Below, piece after piece: positions 37,451 to 46,920 of a DNA stretch of 63,667 nucleotides. The notes beneath the pieces are model-generated. The model was given only the letters and a program-made list of their open reading frames with translations. It ran no database searches and had not been told where the DNA came from. A program made the position numbers and the translations under genes. Origin of the DNA: Candidatus Sulfotelmatobacter sp. (GTDB lineage Bacteria; Acidobacteriota; Terriglobia; Terriglobales; Acidobacteriaceae); assembly GCA_035701745.1 (NCBI GenBank), contig DASSRO010000088.1:1-63667 (forward strand), in the 5' to 3' direction. Every line of letters starts with the position of its first letter. The stretch's first letter is position 1.

Positions 37451-37641
37451 TTCTCAGTTCTCAGTTCCCAGTTCTCAGTTCTCAGAAAAGACGAAACCAA
37501 GAAAAGTTGAGCAGTGAGAGCCGAAGGCAAACAGCCCCGGCCTGAGAGTTTGCAACTGAGAGCTGAGTACCGAGTACCGAGTACTGAGTACCGAGTACCG
37601 AGAACTGAGAACCGAGAACTGAGAACTGAGAACTGAGAACT
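37451..37641. repeat. asymmetric mirror pair of heptamer arrays: (TTCTCAG)x5 vs (CTGAGAA/CCGAGTA/CTGAGAG)x~14
   Basis: Left arm 37451-37485, right arm 37541-37641, between convergent genes. The unit CTGAGAA is the same heptamer as the array at 46921-46957. Confidence 0.9.
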
Positions 37642-37645
37642 GCTC

Positions 37646-38533
37646 CTACGCGCCCGCCGCCGTGGCTTCACCGAGAAAAATGCTGACTTCCGCGCCTTTG
37701 CCTGCGCCTAGAATCTGCGCCGCGGCCGCGCGGTTCGACACAATTTCCAGATATCCCATGCTGCCCAGAATGCCAAAGACCTCGCCGGGGCCGCCCTCCG
37801 CGAAATTCTTGCGGATATCGGTGATCTCTTTTCCGCCCACCACGATCTTGAACTTCGCAGCCTGGGCAAACAGCGCAGGAGCGTCTTCGGGCGTCACATT
37901 AGTGATCAGATTCCCGAAGCGATCGACTTTCAGCACCACTGCGCGCAGGCGATTCTCGCCCGCGGGCTTGGGACGGGGAGCCGCGAAGCGCACGTAATCC
38001 TCAATCTCGTCGCCGAATTTGTGCGATTCGACGAGCTTCGCCAGATAAGCTGCCACCGGAGCGAATATGTCACGGCCATGAAATGTGTTACTCACCGGCT
38101 GCCGGAAATAGTGTTCGGCGGTGATGTGCCGCACGTGCATGCGCTCTTCCTTGGCATAGACCATGGAGAGCACGCCATTATCGGGCGCGACAAAATGATA
38201 GCCGTCGCTGGAGGCGAGAATCGGACGGCGCGTCGTTCCCACGCCGGGGTCCACTACCACCATGTGAATCGTCCCGTTAGGGAAGTAGGAGTAGGCCTGC
38301 GAAATGGCCAGTGCGCCGTCGAGCACGTCGAAGGCCTGCACGGCATGGGAAATGTCGACGATCGCAGCCTCAGGCACGATGTCGAGAATGACGCCCTTCA
38401 TTGCGCCCACAAAATGATCGTTGGTTCCAAAATCGGTGGTCAGAGTAATGATCGGACGGTGCGGCAAAGTTCCCTCGCTGGAAGACAAAATTCTAGGTAC
38501 AGCGAGGTTATTGGACAGGAAATCGTGCGTCAA
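37646..38533 (-). CDS. SAM hydrolase / SAM-dependent halogenase family protein (SAM hydroxide adenosyltransferase, DUF62)
   Basis: N-terminal ITLTTDFGTNDHFVGAMKGVI, DISH, VVDPGVGT and HGRDIFAP motifs typical of the family. Confidence 0.8.
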   Translation of the reverse strand: MTHDFLSNNLAVPRILSSSEGTLPHRPIITLTTDFGTNDHFVGAMKGVILDIVPEAAIVDISHAVQAFDVLDGALAISQAYSYFPNGTIHMVVVDPGVGTTRRPILASSDGYHFVAPDNGVLSMVYAKEERMHVRHITAEHYFRQPVSNTFHGRDIFAPVAAYLAKLVESHKFGDEIEDYVRFAAPRPKPAGENRLRAVVLKVDRFGNLITNVTPEDAPALFAQAAKFKIVVGGKEITDIRKNFAEGGPGEVFGILGSMGYLEIVSNRAAAAQILGAGKGAEVSIFLGEATAAGA

Positions 38534-38668
38534 GGCACGTAGGTCATAGCTGGAAACAACACCCTTGGCAATCCACGGAGGAAGGGACGGCTACTTGTTA
38601 CTTCTTGAAGGAAGAGGAGCTTGTGGCCGAAATCGAAAAGCAAGGGAACGAATGTAAGGGCATGTCTC

Positions 38669-39925
38669 TTACTCGTAGCGCAGCGCTTCGATCGGATTCA
38701 GCCGCGATGCTTTCAGGGCGGGGAAGAAGCCGGAGACGATTCCGACCAGCGACAGGATGACGAACGAAATCATCATCACGCCGAGGGAGGCGTGCAGAAA
38801 GATCGCGCCCTCGTGGTCGGCGGTTTTGTAGAACTCGTCGTAGAGGGGCATGGGTGGAATCGCCCACGTAAGAAATTCGGCGACTGCCATTCCGATGAGG
38901 CCGCCGACAAAGGTGAGCACCAGCGCCTCCAGAAGGAATTGCACGAGGATGTGCCGGGGCCGTGCTCCAATTGCCTTGCGCAGGCCGATTTCGCGCGTCC
39001 GCTCGGTCACCGAGACCAACATGATATTCATCACGCCGATGCCGCCGACTGCCAGCGTGCACACGCCGATCAGTCCCAGCACCGCCTGCAGTCCGTAGGA
39101 GAACGCATTGATCATGGCGCGGTCTTCAATCGTGTCCCACTCCGGCGTGGCCTTGTCGTCTTTGGGATCGAAGTGGTGCCGCCGCGCGATTACCTCGCGC
39201 ACCGCCATCAGCGCCTTCTTGTTGAGTTCCGGCGCGGTGGGTTGAATGATGATCTCGTCGGGATCGCGAAGGTTTTTCAGGTCGCGCATCAGCGCGAAGG
39301 GAATGAAGGCATTCTCGTTGTCCGGACCCTGATACATGGAGTCCTGAATCTTGTTGCGCATGGTGCCGATCACTTCAAAATCCAGGCCGCCGATTTCCAC
39401 GTGCTGGCCCGCGCCGGGAGCACCCTGGAACACTTTCTTAGCTGCCTCGTAGCCGAGAATCACCACGCGATGGTGATCGGCGAAATCGCTCTCGTTGAAG
39501 TAGCGGCCGTCTGCCAGGTCCAGCTTGCGCATCTGCCCGTAGGGCATGTCCACGCCGCGCACCATGATTGACACCACGCGCGTGCCGATCTTGAAGCCGA
39601 GGTCGCGGTCGATTTCGCCGCTCACCGCGCGCACGATGGGAACTTCGTCGCGAATTGCCTCCACATCCTCTAGTTCATAGGCAACTTTCTTTCCTGCACG
39701 CTGCCCGCCAGCCTGCATGCTCGTCTGCCCGGGCCACATCACGATTACGTTGTTGCCCATGTTGAGGAAGGCATGCAGCACGCATCCGCCCAGCCCCTGG
39801 CCGTAGGCCAGCAACAGCACCACCGATACCAATCCCCACACGATGCCCAGCATGGTCAGCGACGACCGCATGCGGTCGCGCATCAGCGACTGCCAGCCTT
39901 GCGAGATGAGTTCCTTCAGGTACAT
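38669..39925 (-). CDS. ABC transporter permease, MacB-like (MacB periplasmic domain plus FtsX)
   Basis: 418 aa. N-terminal TM (RSSLTMLGIVWGLVSVVLL), a large periplasmic domain, and a C-terminal FtsX module (SVTERTREIGLRKAIGA...). Ends ..IEALRYE. Confidence 0.85.
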   Translation of the reverse strand: MYLKELISQGWQSLMRDRMRSSLTMLGIVWGLVSVVLLLAYGQGLGGCVLHAFLNMGNNVIVMWPGQTSMQAGGQRAGKKVAYELEDVEAIRDEVPIVRAVSGEIDRDLGFKIGTRVVSIMVRGVDMPYGQMRKLDLADGRYFNESDFADHHRVVILGYEAAKKVFQGAPGAGQHVEIGGLDFEVIGTMRNKIQDSMYQGPDNENAFIPFALMRDLKNLRDPDEIIIQPTAPELNKKALMAVREVIARRHHFDPKDDKATPEWDTIEDRAMINAFSYGLQAVLGLIGVCTLAVGGIGVMNIMLVSVTERTREIGLRKAIGARPRHILVQFLLEALVLTFVGGLIGMAVAEFLTWAIPPMPLYDEFYKTADHEGAIFLHASLGVMMISFVILSLVGIVSGFFPALKASRLNPIEALRYE

Positions 39926-39931
39926 AAGAAA

Positions 39932-40012
39932 GTGGCCAGTGGCCAGTGTTCAGTGGCCAGCGATCAAGTCCAGAGCCGCGTTTTGTCTGCGGCCACCGAC
40001 CACTGGCCACTG
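39932..40012. repeat. intra-operon mirror array, GTGGCCA heptamers
   Basis: Left arm gtggccagtggccagtgttcagtggccagcg (39932-39962). Right arm cggccaccgaccactggccactg (39990-40012). It lies in the 93-nt spacer between the DUF4097 stop and the permease start. Confidence 0.85.
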
Positions 40013-40018
40013 ATTTCG

Positions 40019-40978
40019 CTATCCAATATGAATGTCTCCGGACCCGGTGCGCACCTTCAGCAATTGGCCGCCGCCATGCACTTTGCCATGGATCTGGTGG
40101 TGTGTGTCGTCGACTCGGCCTTGCACCGTCATCTCGATTGGCGAGCCTACGTCGATGCTCCCCGAGCTGGTGGAAATATCCGCGTCAAAACCGGCATCAC
40201 CCGGCAGCTTCAACCGCACGTTGCCCGAGCCAGTGCGAATTTCCCACGCGCCACCCATGGTCCCTTCGGCTGTAACGTCGCCGCTGCCAGTCTCGCCGTG
40301 GAAGCCGCCGTTGATGCCGCGGGCGGTCAGGTTGCCCGAACCAGTGCGCAAGTCCACCTCACCCGCACTGGTTTCTTCGACTTCTACGTCGCCGCTTCCG
40401 GTCCCGCCTTTCACCGAGCCCGCGATCTGGTGCGCGCGCACGTTGCCCGAACCGGTCTGCAAACGAATCTCGCCGTTGAGGTTGCTGAGCTTCAGGTCGC
40501 CGGAGCCAGTTTGCGTGTCGACGTTGCCATGCGTGCCCTCGATGGTCTGATCGCCCGAACCGCTCCGCGTGCGCACGACGGTATCGGCAGGGACTGTGAT
40601 CTCGTAATCCACCGAGATGTTGTGCATGTCCACGTAATCAATGTGAACGTTGTTACCTTCTTGCCGGATGGGGGGATTCTGTTCGATCTGGTGCACGTCG
40701 CTCTCGCGATTGCCGCTGAACCAGTTGTTGCCGACAAAAATCTTTCCGCGGATAAGCACCGATCCCGATGACCCGGCGCGGACAGTGATGTCGCCGGAAT
40801 GCGTGAGCACCTCAAGATTGACTGGGCCGTTCACCGTCAGCGTTCGCTCAAACGAGCCCTGCGGGTTGGAGGCGAAAACTGCGGTGGAGGCGAAAAGCAC
40901 GACCAGCGCGATGGCAAAGCTCAACCGGCTGGACACTGGAGCGGCATGCGTGCGGAACTGAGAAGCGTGTTTATTCAT
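40019..40978 (-). CDS. DUF4097 family beta-strand repeat protein (LiaG-like putative adhesin fold)
   Basis: N-terminal signal/anchor, then many TGSG(D/N)(V/L/I) repeats (SGSGDQT, TGSGDLK, TGSGNVR, TGSGDVE, TGSGNLT, TGSGDVT, TGSGNVR, SSGSIDV, TGSGDIH). Confidence 0.7.
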   Translation of the reverse strand: MNKHASQFRTHAAPVSSRLSFAIALVVLFASTAVFASNPQGSFERTLTVNGPVNLEVLTHSGDITVRAGSSGSVLIRGKIFVGNNWFSGNRESDVHQIEQNPPIRQEGNNVHIDYVDMHNISVDYEITVPADTVVRTRSGSGDQTIEGTHGNVDTQTGSGDLKLSNLNGEIRLQTGSGNVRAHQIAGSVKGGTGSGDVEVEETSAGEVDLRTGSGNLTARGINGGFHGETGSGDVTAEGTMGGAWEIRTGSGNVRLKLPGDAGFDADISTSSGSIDVGSPIEMTVQGRVDDTHHQIHGKVHGGGQLLKVRTGSGDIHIG

Positions 40979-42230
40979 AGCGTAGAGACTCCACGGGTGT
41001 CATATCCGCGGCGCGCTGGGCGGGATACATGCCTGCGGTCACGGTGATTAACGAAAGGGTCAAGATTGACGCGACAATCGAAATCCAGGAAACGATGGGG
41101 TGAGGGACGAAGTCTGGGAGCGGCAACTGTTCCATGGCCGCGCATGTGCCCATGCCAACCGCGAGGCCGAGAATACCGCTGACCACAGTAAGCATTGCGG
41201 ACTCGGCAAAAAACTGGCGCAGGATGTCGCGCTTGGTTGCGCCCATGGCCTTGCGCGTGCCGATCTCGCGGGTGCGCTCGGTGACCGATACCAGCATGAT
41301 GTTCATGACGCCGATTCCGCCCAGGCACAGCGTCACAATCGCAACGCACCCGAAGAAGATGGTCACCACACCGAAAATCTTGTCCAGCATCTTCGCGCCC
41401 TCCATGGTGTCCCAAATAAATAACGCGTCTTTGTCGAGCGGGTCGAAGTGGTGCACTCGCGCCAGACTGCGGCGTACCTGTAGGACGGCGGATTCATGCT
41501 CTTCCGGATCGCTCACTTCAAAAACAATGTCATCCAGATAGCCGCGCGTGATTCCAGCCCCGGGCTTGGTGGGCGGAGGAAAATCGCGCGACACCGCCGA
41601 GTACGGGGCGAAGAGGTAATCGTTGTCGGGACCGCTGTAATTCGAGTTCTGTTTTTTCTCCTGCAGGACACCGACTACAAGGTAGGGAACACTCTGCACC
41701 AGCACGCTGGCGCCGATGGCGGGCTGCCCGGGGAAGAGCTGCCGGTAGGCTTTCGATCCCAGCACCAGCACGCGGCGGCCTTCGCGTTGGTCGTCGTCGG
41801 TAATCAGCCGTCCCTCGGAGATTTGCAGGGCGCGGAAATCCTGATACGACGGCCACATGCCGACCACGCCGCGGCTCGCCAGGTTGTACTGGCTCACTTC
41901 CGGAATGGTTCGCCGCAACTCCGGGCTGACATTCTTTACCATGTAGCACTCGTCGCGAATCAGGTCGGCGTCGTCGACGCTCAAGTGGATCTCGCGGCCG
42001 GCGGCTCGTCCGCCCACCTGCGAACTGGTGCGGCCGCCCCACATGATGACCAGGTCTTTGCCGAGCGTGGCCATGTGTTTCTTCTGGTCGACGCTGAAGC
42101 CGCGTCCGAGGCCCACCAGGATGATCACCGACGCGATGCCCCACACGATCCCGAACATCGTGAGAAAGGTTCGCATCTTGTGAGTCCGGAAGGTCGCGAA
42201 AGCCTGGCGGAGAATTTCAGAGAGAGTCAT
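40971..42230 (-). CDS. ABC transporter permease, MacB-like (MacB periplasmic domain plus FtsX)
   Basis: 419 aa, paralogous to 38669..39925 (SVTERTREIGTRKAMGA, ..VESLRYE). It overlaps the DUF4097 start by 8 nt. Confidence 0.85.
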   Translation of the reverse strand: MTLSEILRQAFATFRTHKMRTFLTMFGIVWGIASVIILVGLGRGFSVDQKKHMATLGKDLVIMWGGRTSSQVGGRAAGREIHLSVDDADLIRDECYMVKNVSPELRRTIPEVSQYNLASRGVVGMWPSYQDFRALQISEGRLITDDDQREGRRVLVLGSKAYRQLFPGQPAIGASVLVQSVPYLVVGVLQEKKQNSNYSGPDNDYLFAPYSAVSRDFPPPTKPGAGITRGYLDDIVFEVSDPEEHESAVLQVRRSLARVHHFDPLDKDALFIWDTMEGAKMLDKIFGVVTIFFGCVAIVTLCLGGIGVMNIMLVSVTERTREIGTRKAMGATKRDILRQFFAESAMLTVVSGILGLAVGMGTCAAMEQLPLPDFVPHPIVSWISIVASILTLSLITVTAGMYPAQRAADMTPVESLRYE

Positions 42231-42245
42231 AACAATCCCTAAAGC

Positions 42246-42322
42246 AACCGGCTTCCGGCTCTCGGCTTCCGGTGGTACGGATAGCGCTTGAACCGGAAGC
42301 CGGTGGCATGACGCCTGAAGCC
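42246..42322. repeat. intra-operon mirror array, CGGCTTC/CGGCTCT vs CCGGAAG heptamers
   Basis: Left arm aaccggcttccggctctcggcttccggtgg (42246-42275). Right arm gaaccggaagccggtggcatgacgcctgaagcc (42290-42322). It lies in the 97-nt spacer between the adaptor stop and the permease start. Confidence 0.85.
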
Positions 42323-42327
42323 ATTCT

Positions 42328-43584
42328 TTACTGCAGGACTACTTGATCGCCTTCCTTCAACCCGCTAAGCACCTCGGTCTTGGCGCCGTTCGAGATCCCA
42401 ATGTTGACGGCCACTTTATCCTTGCCGTCTTTGCCCTTGGGATTGGGAATTTCCACCGAAGCCTTTTTGTCCTTGTCGTAGAGGATTGCGCCTTCGGGAA
42501 TCTGCAGCACGTTCTTGTGTTCTTCCAGGATGATTTCCGCGTTGGCGGTCATCTCGGCCTTGAGTTCGCCGCCGGGATTCTGGATCGACACGCGCACTTC
42601 AAAGGTTGTGACGTTATCTTTCTCGACACCCATGGGAGAAATTTTCGTCACTTTGCCGTCAAAGGTTTTGTCCTTGAAAGACTCGACCTTGATGCGCGCC
42701 CGTTGTCCCAGGTACACCTTGCCGATGTCGCTCTCGTCGACCTTGCCCTTTACGTACACTTCGCTGGTATCGCCCAGCGTCATGACCAGCGTGGCGGACG
42801 AGCCTAACACCAGGATCGAGCTCACTGCGTCGCCCATCTGCACGTCGCGCGAGAGCACGATGCCGTCAATCGGCGAGATGATGTCGGTGTAGCTGAGCTG
42901 CTCTTCCAGTTGCTTGAGATTGGCTTCATCCTGGGCTACCTGGGCCTGGGATTGCGCAATCTTCGCCTTCAGCACAGTTACCTGCGCCTTCGACACGTTC
43001 TGCTTGTTCAACGCCATCTCGTAATTTTTCTGCGAATCTTCGAGAGAGGAAGTTGAAACCACGCCGTCCTTGGCCATGCTGACGTTGCGCTCATAGGCGC
43101 GCTTTAGGAGCGGCACATCGGGACCCTCCGCGTCGACCTTGGCGCGTTCGAAATCAGCCTGCGAACTCTTGAGGTTGGCTTGCGCGGCTTCCAGTGCGGC
43201 CTTCGATTGCTCCACCTGCGCCTCAATCTCGATCTTGTCGAGTTGGGCCAGCAATTGGCCTTTCTTCACGCGATCGCCATAGTCCACCAGCAGCTTTTTC
43301 ACAATGCCGCTGGCTTTCGATTTGACTTCGACCTTTGTGATGGGCGTGACCTTGCCGGTTGCGACGACGCTTTTAGCTAAGTCGCCTTTTTCCACTTTGG
43401 CAAGTTTCGACGGATCAATTTTGGTGCCGCCACGCGTCGCAGCTATGACTCCGCCTGCGATCACCAGCACGATGACCGCGACCACGATTCCCCAGATGAT
43501 CAGTTTGCGACGCTTTTTCTTATTATTTCCGTTGCCGTTCACAACGCCTCCTGTAGATACCGCCAAGTGGAGATTGGGAGCCAT
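42328..43584 (-). CDS. efflux transporter periplasmic adaptor subunit (HlyD/MacA family)
   Basis: N-terminal TM anchor, a long coiled-coil hairpin (AQVEQSKAALEAAQANLKSSQADFERAK...) and beta-barrel/lipoyl-like segments. Confidence 0.85.
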   Translation of the reverse strand: MAPNLHLAVSTGGVVNGNGNNKKKRRKLIIWGIVVAVIVLVIAGGVIAATRGGTKIDPSKLAKVEKGDLAKSVVATGKVTPITKVEVKSKASGIVKKLLVDYGDRVKKGQLLAQLDKIEIEAQVEQSKAALEAAQANLKSSQADFERAKVDAEGPDVPLLKRAYERNVSMAKDGVVSTSSLEDSQKNYEMALNKQNVSKAQVTVLKAKIAQSQAQVAQDEANLKQLEEQLSYTDIISPIDGIVLSRDVQMGDAVSSILVLGSSATLVMTLGDTSEVYVKGKVDESDIGKVYLGQRARIKVESFKDKTFDGKVTKISPMGVEKDNVTTFEVRVSIQNPGGELKAEMTANAEIILEEHKNVLQIPEGAILYDKDKKASVEIPNPKGKDGKDKVAVNIGISNGAKTEVLSGLKEGDQVVLQ

Positions 43585-43997
43585 TCCGCTGCCCTCAATT
43601 CCATGTACGCGGCTTGAGTTGCTTTTGTTCCCGTAATTTTCGACTGCAAGAAGTGAAACGCGCCTTGAAAATGCGATTTCTGTGTTTTGCCAAGAACGGG
43701 TCTCGGGAAGGGCACGAAGTAAGCCGTGCCGCCAGCCTGCCAGTTAGACCAGCGACCCGCTAAAAGGATAGCGCATTCCACGGCGGAATTTTGTGATCAC
43801 GAGCACCGGATCGGAGTTCATGTGGTCAAGGCCCCGGCCGTCGGTCGAGGGCGGCACAGACTTACTTCAGCTTGCCAGAGCGGGCCTTCGGCCCCAGGGA
43901 CAGCCCGTGGCGGCTGGCCCTGAGGCGCTGATTTGAGGATGGCATCGAGTTTGCCGGTGATCTGCCGGCGAACGGCATTGAGTGCTCGGATAGGCGC

Positions 43998-44984
43998 TTA
44001 CATGGTGAGGACTGCGCGGAAGCGGGCTTTGCCCTGCGCCACGCGGTCGTAGGCCTTTGGCGCCTCTGCCAACGCGTACGTCTCGACAATCGTTTTAACT
44101 TTTTCTTGGGCTACGAAATCGAGCGCTTCGTAAAGATATTCGGGGCCGTTTTGCTGGCTGCCAATAATTCGAATGCGCTTCGAGATGAGATCAAGCAGCG
44201 AGATGGAAAGCGGCTCGGCGTCGGCGCCCATGGTGATGAGGCGGCCGTCCGGCCGTAATCCCTGGATGCTGTCCACCATCGACTTGGTTGAATTCGAGGT
44301 ACTGAGGATTACATCCGCGCCTCCCGCCGCGGCAAGGCTTTTTCCGTCGCGGACGAGTTCGTCGGCGCCCAGATCGCGGATCATCTTGTCTTTATCGGGG
44401 GAATGCGAAACGGCAATGGTTTCGAAGCCTGCGGCCTTGGCGTATTGCACGGCCAAGTGCCCCAGGCCGCCGATCCCGAGGACCGCGACCCGCTCATGGG
44501 GCTGAGGGTCGGCCCAGCGGAGCCCGCTGTAGACCGTATAACCGGCGCAAAAGATCGGAGCGGCCTGCTCGTATGAAACCTTGTCGGGAATCAGATAGGT
44601 TGCGTCGGCATACATCAGCATGTACTCGGCATGGCCGCCCTGCGCCTCAACCCCCGTACCCTTCAGATAGGGGCAGAACATTTTGCGGCCGCGCTGGCAC
44701 CATTCGCAGCGCCCGCAAGTGGATTGAATCCAGGGAGTGCCCACCCGGTCGCCGACCTTTCGCGTGGTCACGTCGGGAGCCACTGCAACGATCTCGCCAA
44801 CGGGCTCGTGGCCGAGGATTCGCGGGAATGGTCCGGGTAAGTGTCCGAGGGTTTGATGTACATCGGTATAGCAGATGCCGCTGGCATGCATCTTCACGAG
44901 AACTTGATTCGGTCCGGGCTGAGGTTGGGGAACATCTTTGACCTGCCACGAACTGCTCACGGCGGGAACTATAGCAGCTTGCAT
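43998..44984 (-). CDS. zinc-dependent alcohol dehydrogenase (MDR family)
   Basis: GICYTDVH, GHEPVGEIV, structural-zinc Cys cluster CGRCEWCQRGRKMFC, and NAD motif VLGIGGLGHLAVQ. Start at MQAAIVPA (44984). Confidence 0.85.
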   Translation of the reverse strand: MQAAIVPAVSSSWQVKDVPQPQPGPNQVLVKMHASGICYTDVHQTLGHLPGPFPRILGHEPVGEIVAVAPDVTTRKVGDRVGTPWIQSTCGRCEWCQRGRKMFCPYLKGTGVEAQGGHAEYMLMYADATYLIPDKVSYEQAAPIFCAGYTVYSGLRWADPQPHERVAVLGIGGLGHLAVQYAKAAGFETIAVSHSPDKDKMIRDLGADELVRDGKSLAAAGGADVILSTSNSTKSMVDSIQGLRPDGRLITMGADAEPLSISLLDLISKRIRIIGSQQNGPEYLYEALDFVAQEKVKTIVETYALAEAPKAYDRVAQGKARFRAVLTM

Positions 44985-45224
44985 AAAAGCATCCTCCTGG
45001 GGCGATTGATGCGAGCGCCTTTGCCGTTGTTGCACAATTCTGAATGTTGCATTCGACAGTCAGTTGGTGGATGGCCGGTTAACACGGAAGTTATCGTCAA
45101 CGCGGGGAGGGCTGAACTGCGGCATGTGGCTGCTTCAATTAGCTTTGGGGCGGCTGCGCTCATAGTGAGACGAAATTCCTCCCACCTCAATCCATGCCCT
45201 TTAAAATGTTAGAATTACCCATCC

Positions 45225-46613
45225 ATGATCGCTTTTGTGCTGCTCCGGGTCATTCTGATCCTCCTCCTGGTGGCGGCCAATGCCTTCTTCGCAGCAGCCG
45301 AATTCGCCCTGGTGAGCGTGCGCGATACGCGCATCCAGCAGCTCATTTCCGCGGGGCGCATTGGCGCGCGCATCGTGCAGCGGCTTCACCAGAATCTTGA
45401 CGAGGTCGTCAACGGGGTGCAGTTGGGCGTCACCATGGTCAGCCTCACCCTGGGCTGGATCGGCGAGCCCATCGTCGCCCGCCTGGTGGAAGGGACGCGC
45501 TTCGTCCATGAAGTTCCCCATGCCGCCGTCTACGCTCACGCGATAGCTATCGCGGTCGCCTTCAGCCTGATCACTTACATGCACGTGATCCTCGGCGAGC
45601 TGGTCCCAAAAACTCTGGCGCTGCAACGCGCGGAGCATGTTGCGCTCGCGGTGGCAGCGCCCATGGAGGCCTTCCTCACCCTTACGCGCCCGGTTCTTTT
45701 CTTCATGCGGCGTTCGGGAGGCCTGGTGTTGCGGCTGTTTGGCGCACAGCCGACGCGCCGAGGCGGCGCCGTCCACTCCCCCGACGAACTCAAGCTCATC
45801 GTCACCGCCAGCCGCCAGTTCGGGCAGATTCCCGAATTTCAGGAAGAAATGATCCACAGCGCCATTGAACTCGACAGCATTACGGTTCGAGAAGTCATGG
45901 TGGCCCGCCCTGACATTTTTTCTCTACCCTCCGACCTGACGCTCGACGATGCCCTGGCGCGCGTGGTCGAGGGCCAGCACTCGCGCATTCCTGTATACGA
46001 CCCGCAGCGCGGCCCGGAGCACATAGTCGGGGTGCTCTACTACAAAGATCTCATGCGCTGGATGCGCCTGCGCCTCAGCAACCTTGGCCAGTCGGTCGCG
46101 ATTCGGATTTCGGCAATGCAAATCGGGCAGATCATGCACGACGTGCTGGTCGTTCCCGAAACCAAGGTTCTGGCGGAACTGCTGTCTGAGTTCAAGGATC
46201 GCCGCCGCCATCTTGCGGTCGTGGTCGACGAATTCGGCTCGACTGCCGGCGTGATCACGGTCGAGGACATCCTCGAACAACTGGTTGGCAACATCGAAGA
46301 CGAGTTCGACGTTTCTCCTACTGAGCCCGCGCTCGCGAACGAATCGGTTCTCGCGCTCGAGGGTTCGGTTAACATTCGCGACCTTGAAACCGAGTATGGG
46401 CTGACGCTTCCGCGCGACGCTGGTTTTGAGACGTTGGCCGGATTTATCCTCGCTCGCCTGCAGAGGATTCCAGTGCTGCGTGATTCTTTCGAATACGACG
46501 GCCGCCGCTATACGGTGGAAGACCTGGAAGGCCACCGCATCGCCAGGGTTCGCATAGAAAAGACCGCCAAAGTAGAAGGCGAAGCCGAAGCGGCGAAGGG
46601 AGCAGGAGACTGA
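45225..46613 (+). CDS. hemolysin/CorC family protein (CNNM/DUF21, CBS pair, CorC_HlyC)
   Basis: 462 aa, same architecture as 16341..17606. Its stop codon lies inside the first unit of the 25-bp repeat array. Confidence 0.85.
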   Translation: MIAFVLLRVILILLLVAANAFFAAAEFALVSVRDTRIQQLISAGRIGARIVQRLHQNLDEVVNGVQLGVTMVSLTLGWIGEPIVARLVEGTRFVHEVPHAAVYAHAIAIAVAFSLITYMHVILGELVPKTLALQRAEHVALAVAAPMEAFLTLTRPVLFFMRRSGGLVLRLFGAQPTRRGGAVHSPDELKLIVTASRQFGQIPEFQEEMIHSAIELDSITVREVMVARPDIFSLPSDLTLDDALARVVEGQHSRIPVYDPQRGPEHIVGVLYYKDLMRWMRLRLSNLGQSVAIRISAMQIGQIMHDVLVVPETKVLAELLSEFKDRRRHLAVVVDEFGSTAGVITVEDILEQLVGNIEDEFDVSPTEPALANESVLALEGSVNIRDLETEYGLTLPRDAGFETLAGFILARLQRIPVLRDSFEYDGRRYTVEDLEGHRIARVRIEKTAKVEGEAEAAKGAGD

Positions 46614-46717
46614 AGCCGCAAAGGGCGCAGGAGACGGAAGCCGCGAAGGGAGCAGGAGACGGACGCTGCGAAGGGAGCAGGAGACGGAGGCTGCGAAGGG
46701 AGTAGGAGACTGCGAAG
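46596..46717. repeat. five direct 25-bp repeats (AAGGGAGCAGGAGACGGANGCNGCG)
   Basis: Unit starts (AAGGG) at 46596, 46621, 46646, 46671 and 46696. The first unit contains the TGA stop (46611-46613) of the CNNM gene. Confidence 0.9.
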
Positions 46718-46747
46718 ATGCGCGCTCCGTATTAGCACCCTATGGCA

Positions 46748-46903
46748 TGTCATCCTGAGCGAAGCACGAGGGCGAGCAAAGCGAGCCTTCGCGCGCAGTC
46801 GAAGGACCTTGTGCTCGGCGGCGCCTCGCTGCCAGCGCATCCCGGGAACACAAGGTCCTTCGACTACGCGAGCGCATTCGCGCTCGCTCCGCTCAGGATG
46901 ACA
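46748..46903. repeat. nested palindromic element (MITE/REP-like)
   Basis: Outer stem GTCATCCTGAGCG (46749-46761) / CGCTCAGGATGAC (46890-46902). Inner stem GTCGAAGGACCTTGTG (46798-46813) / CACAAGGTCCTTCGAC (46849-46864). Plus hairpin GCGAGCGC-ATTC-GCGCTCGC (about 46869-46888). Confidence 0.85.
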
Positions 46904-46920
46904 AAAAACGAATTCCGCGC

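Noticed and set aside
43585-43997. The 410-nt spacer upstream of the adaptor gene, examined for a missing ABC ATPase or small regulator gene.
   Set aside because: There are no Walker or LSGGQ motifs in any frame. The only open stretch continues the ADH frame past its stop and has no start codon.
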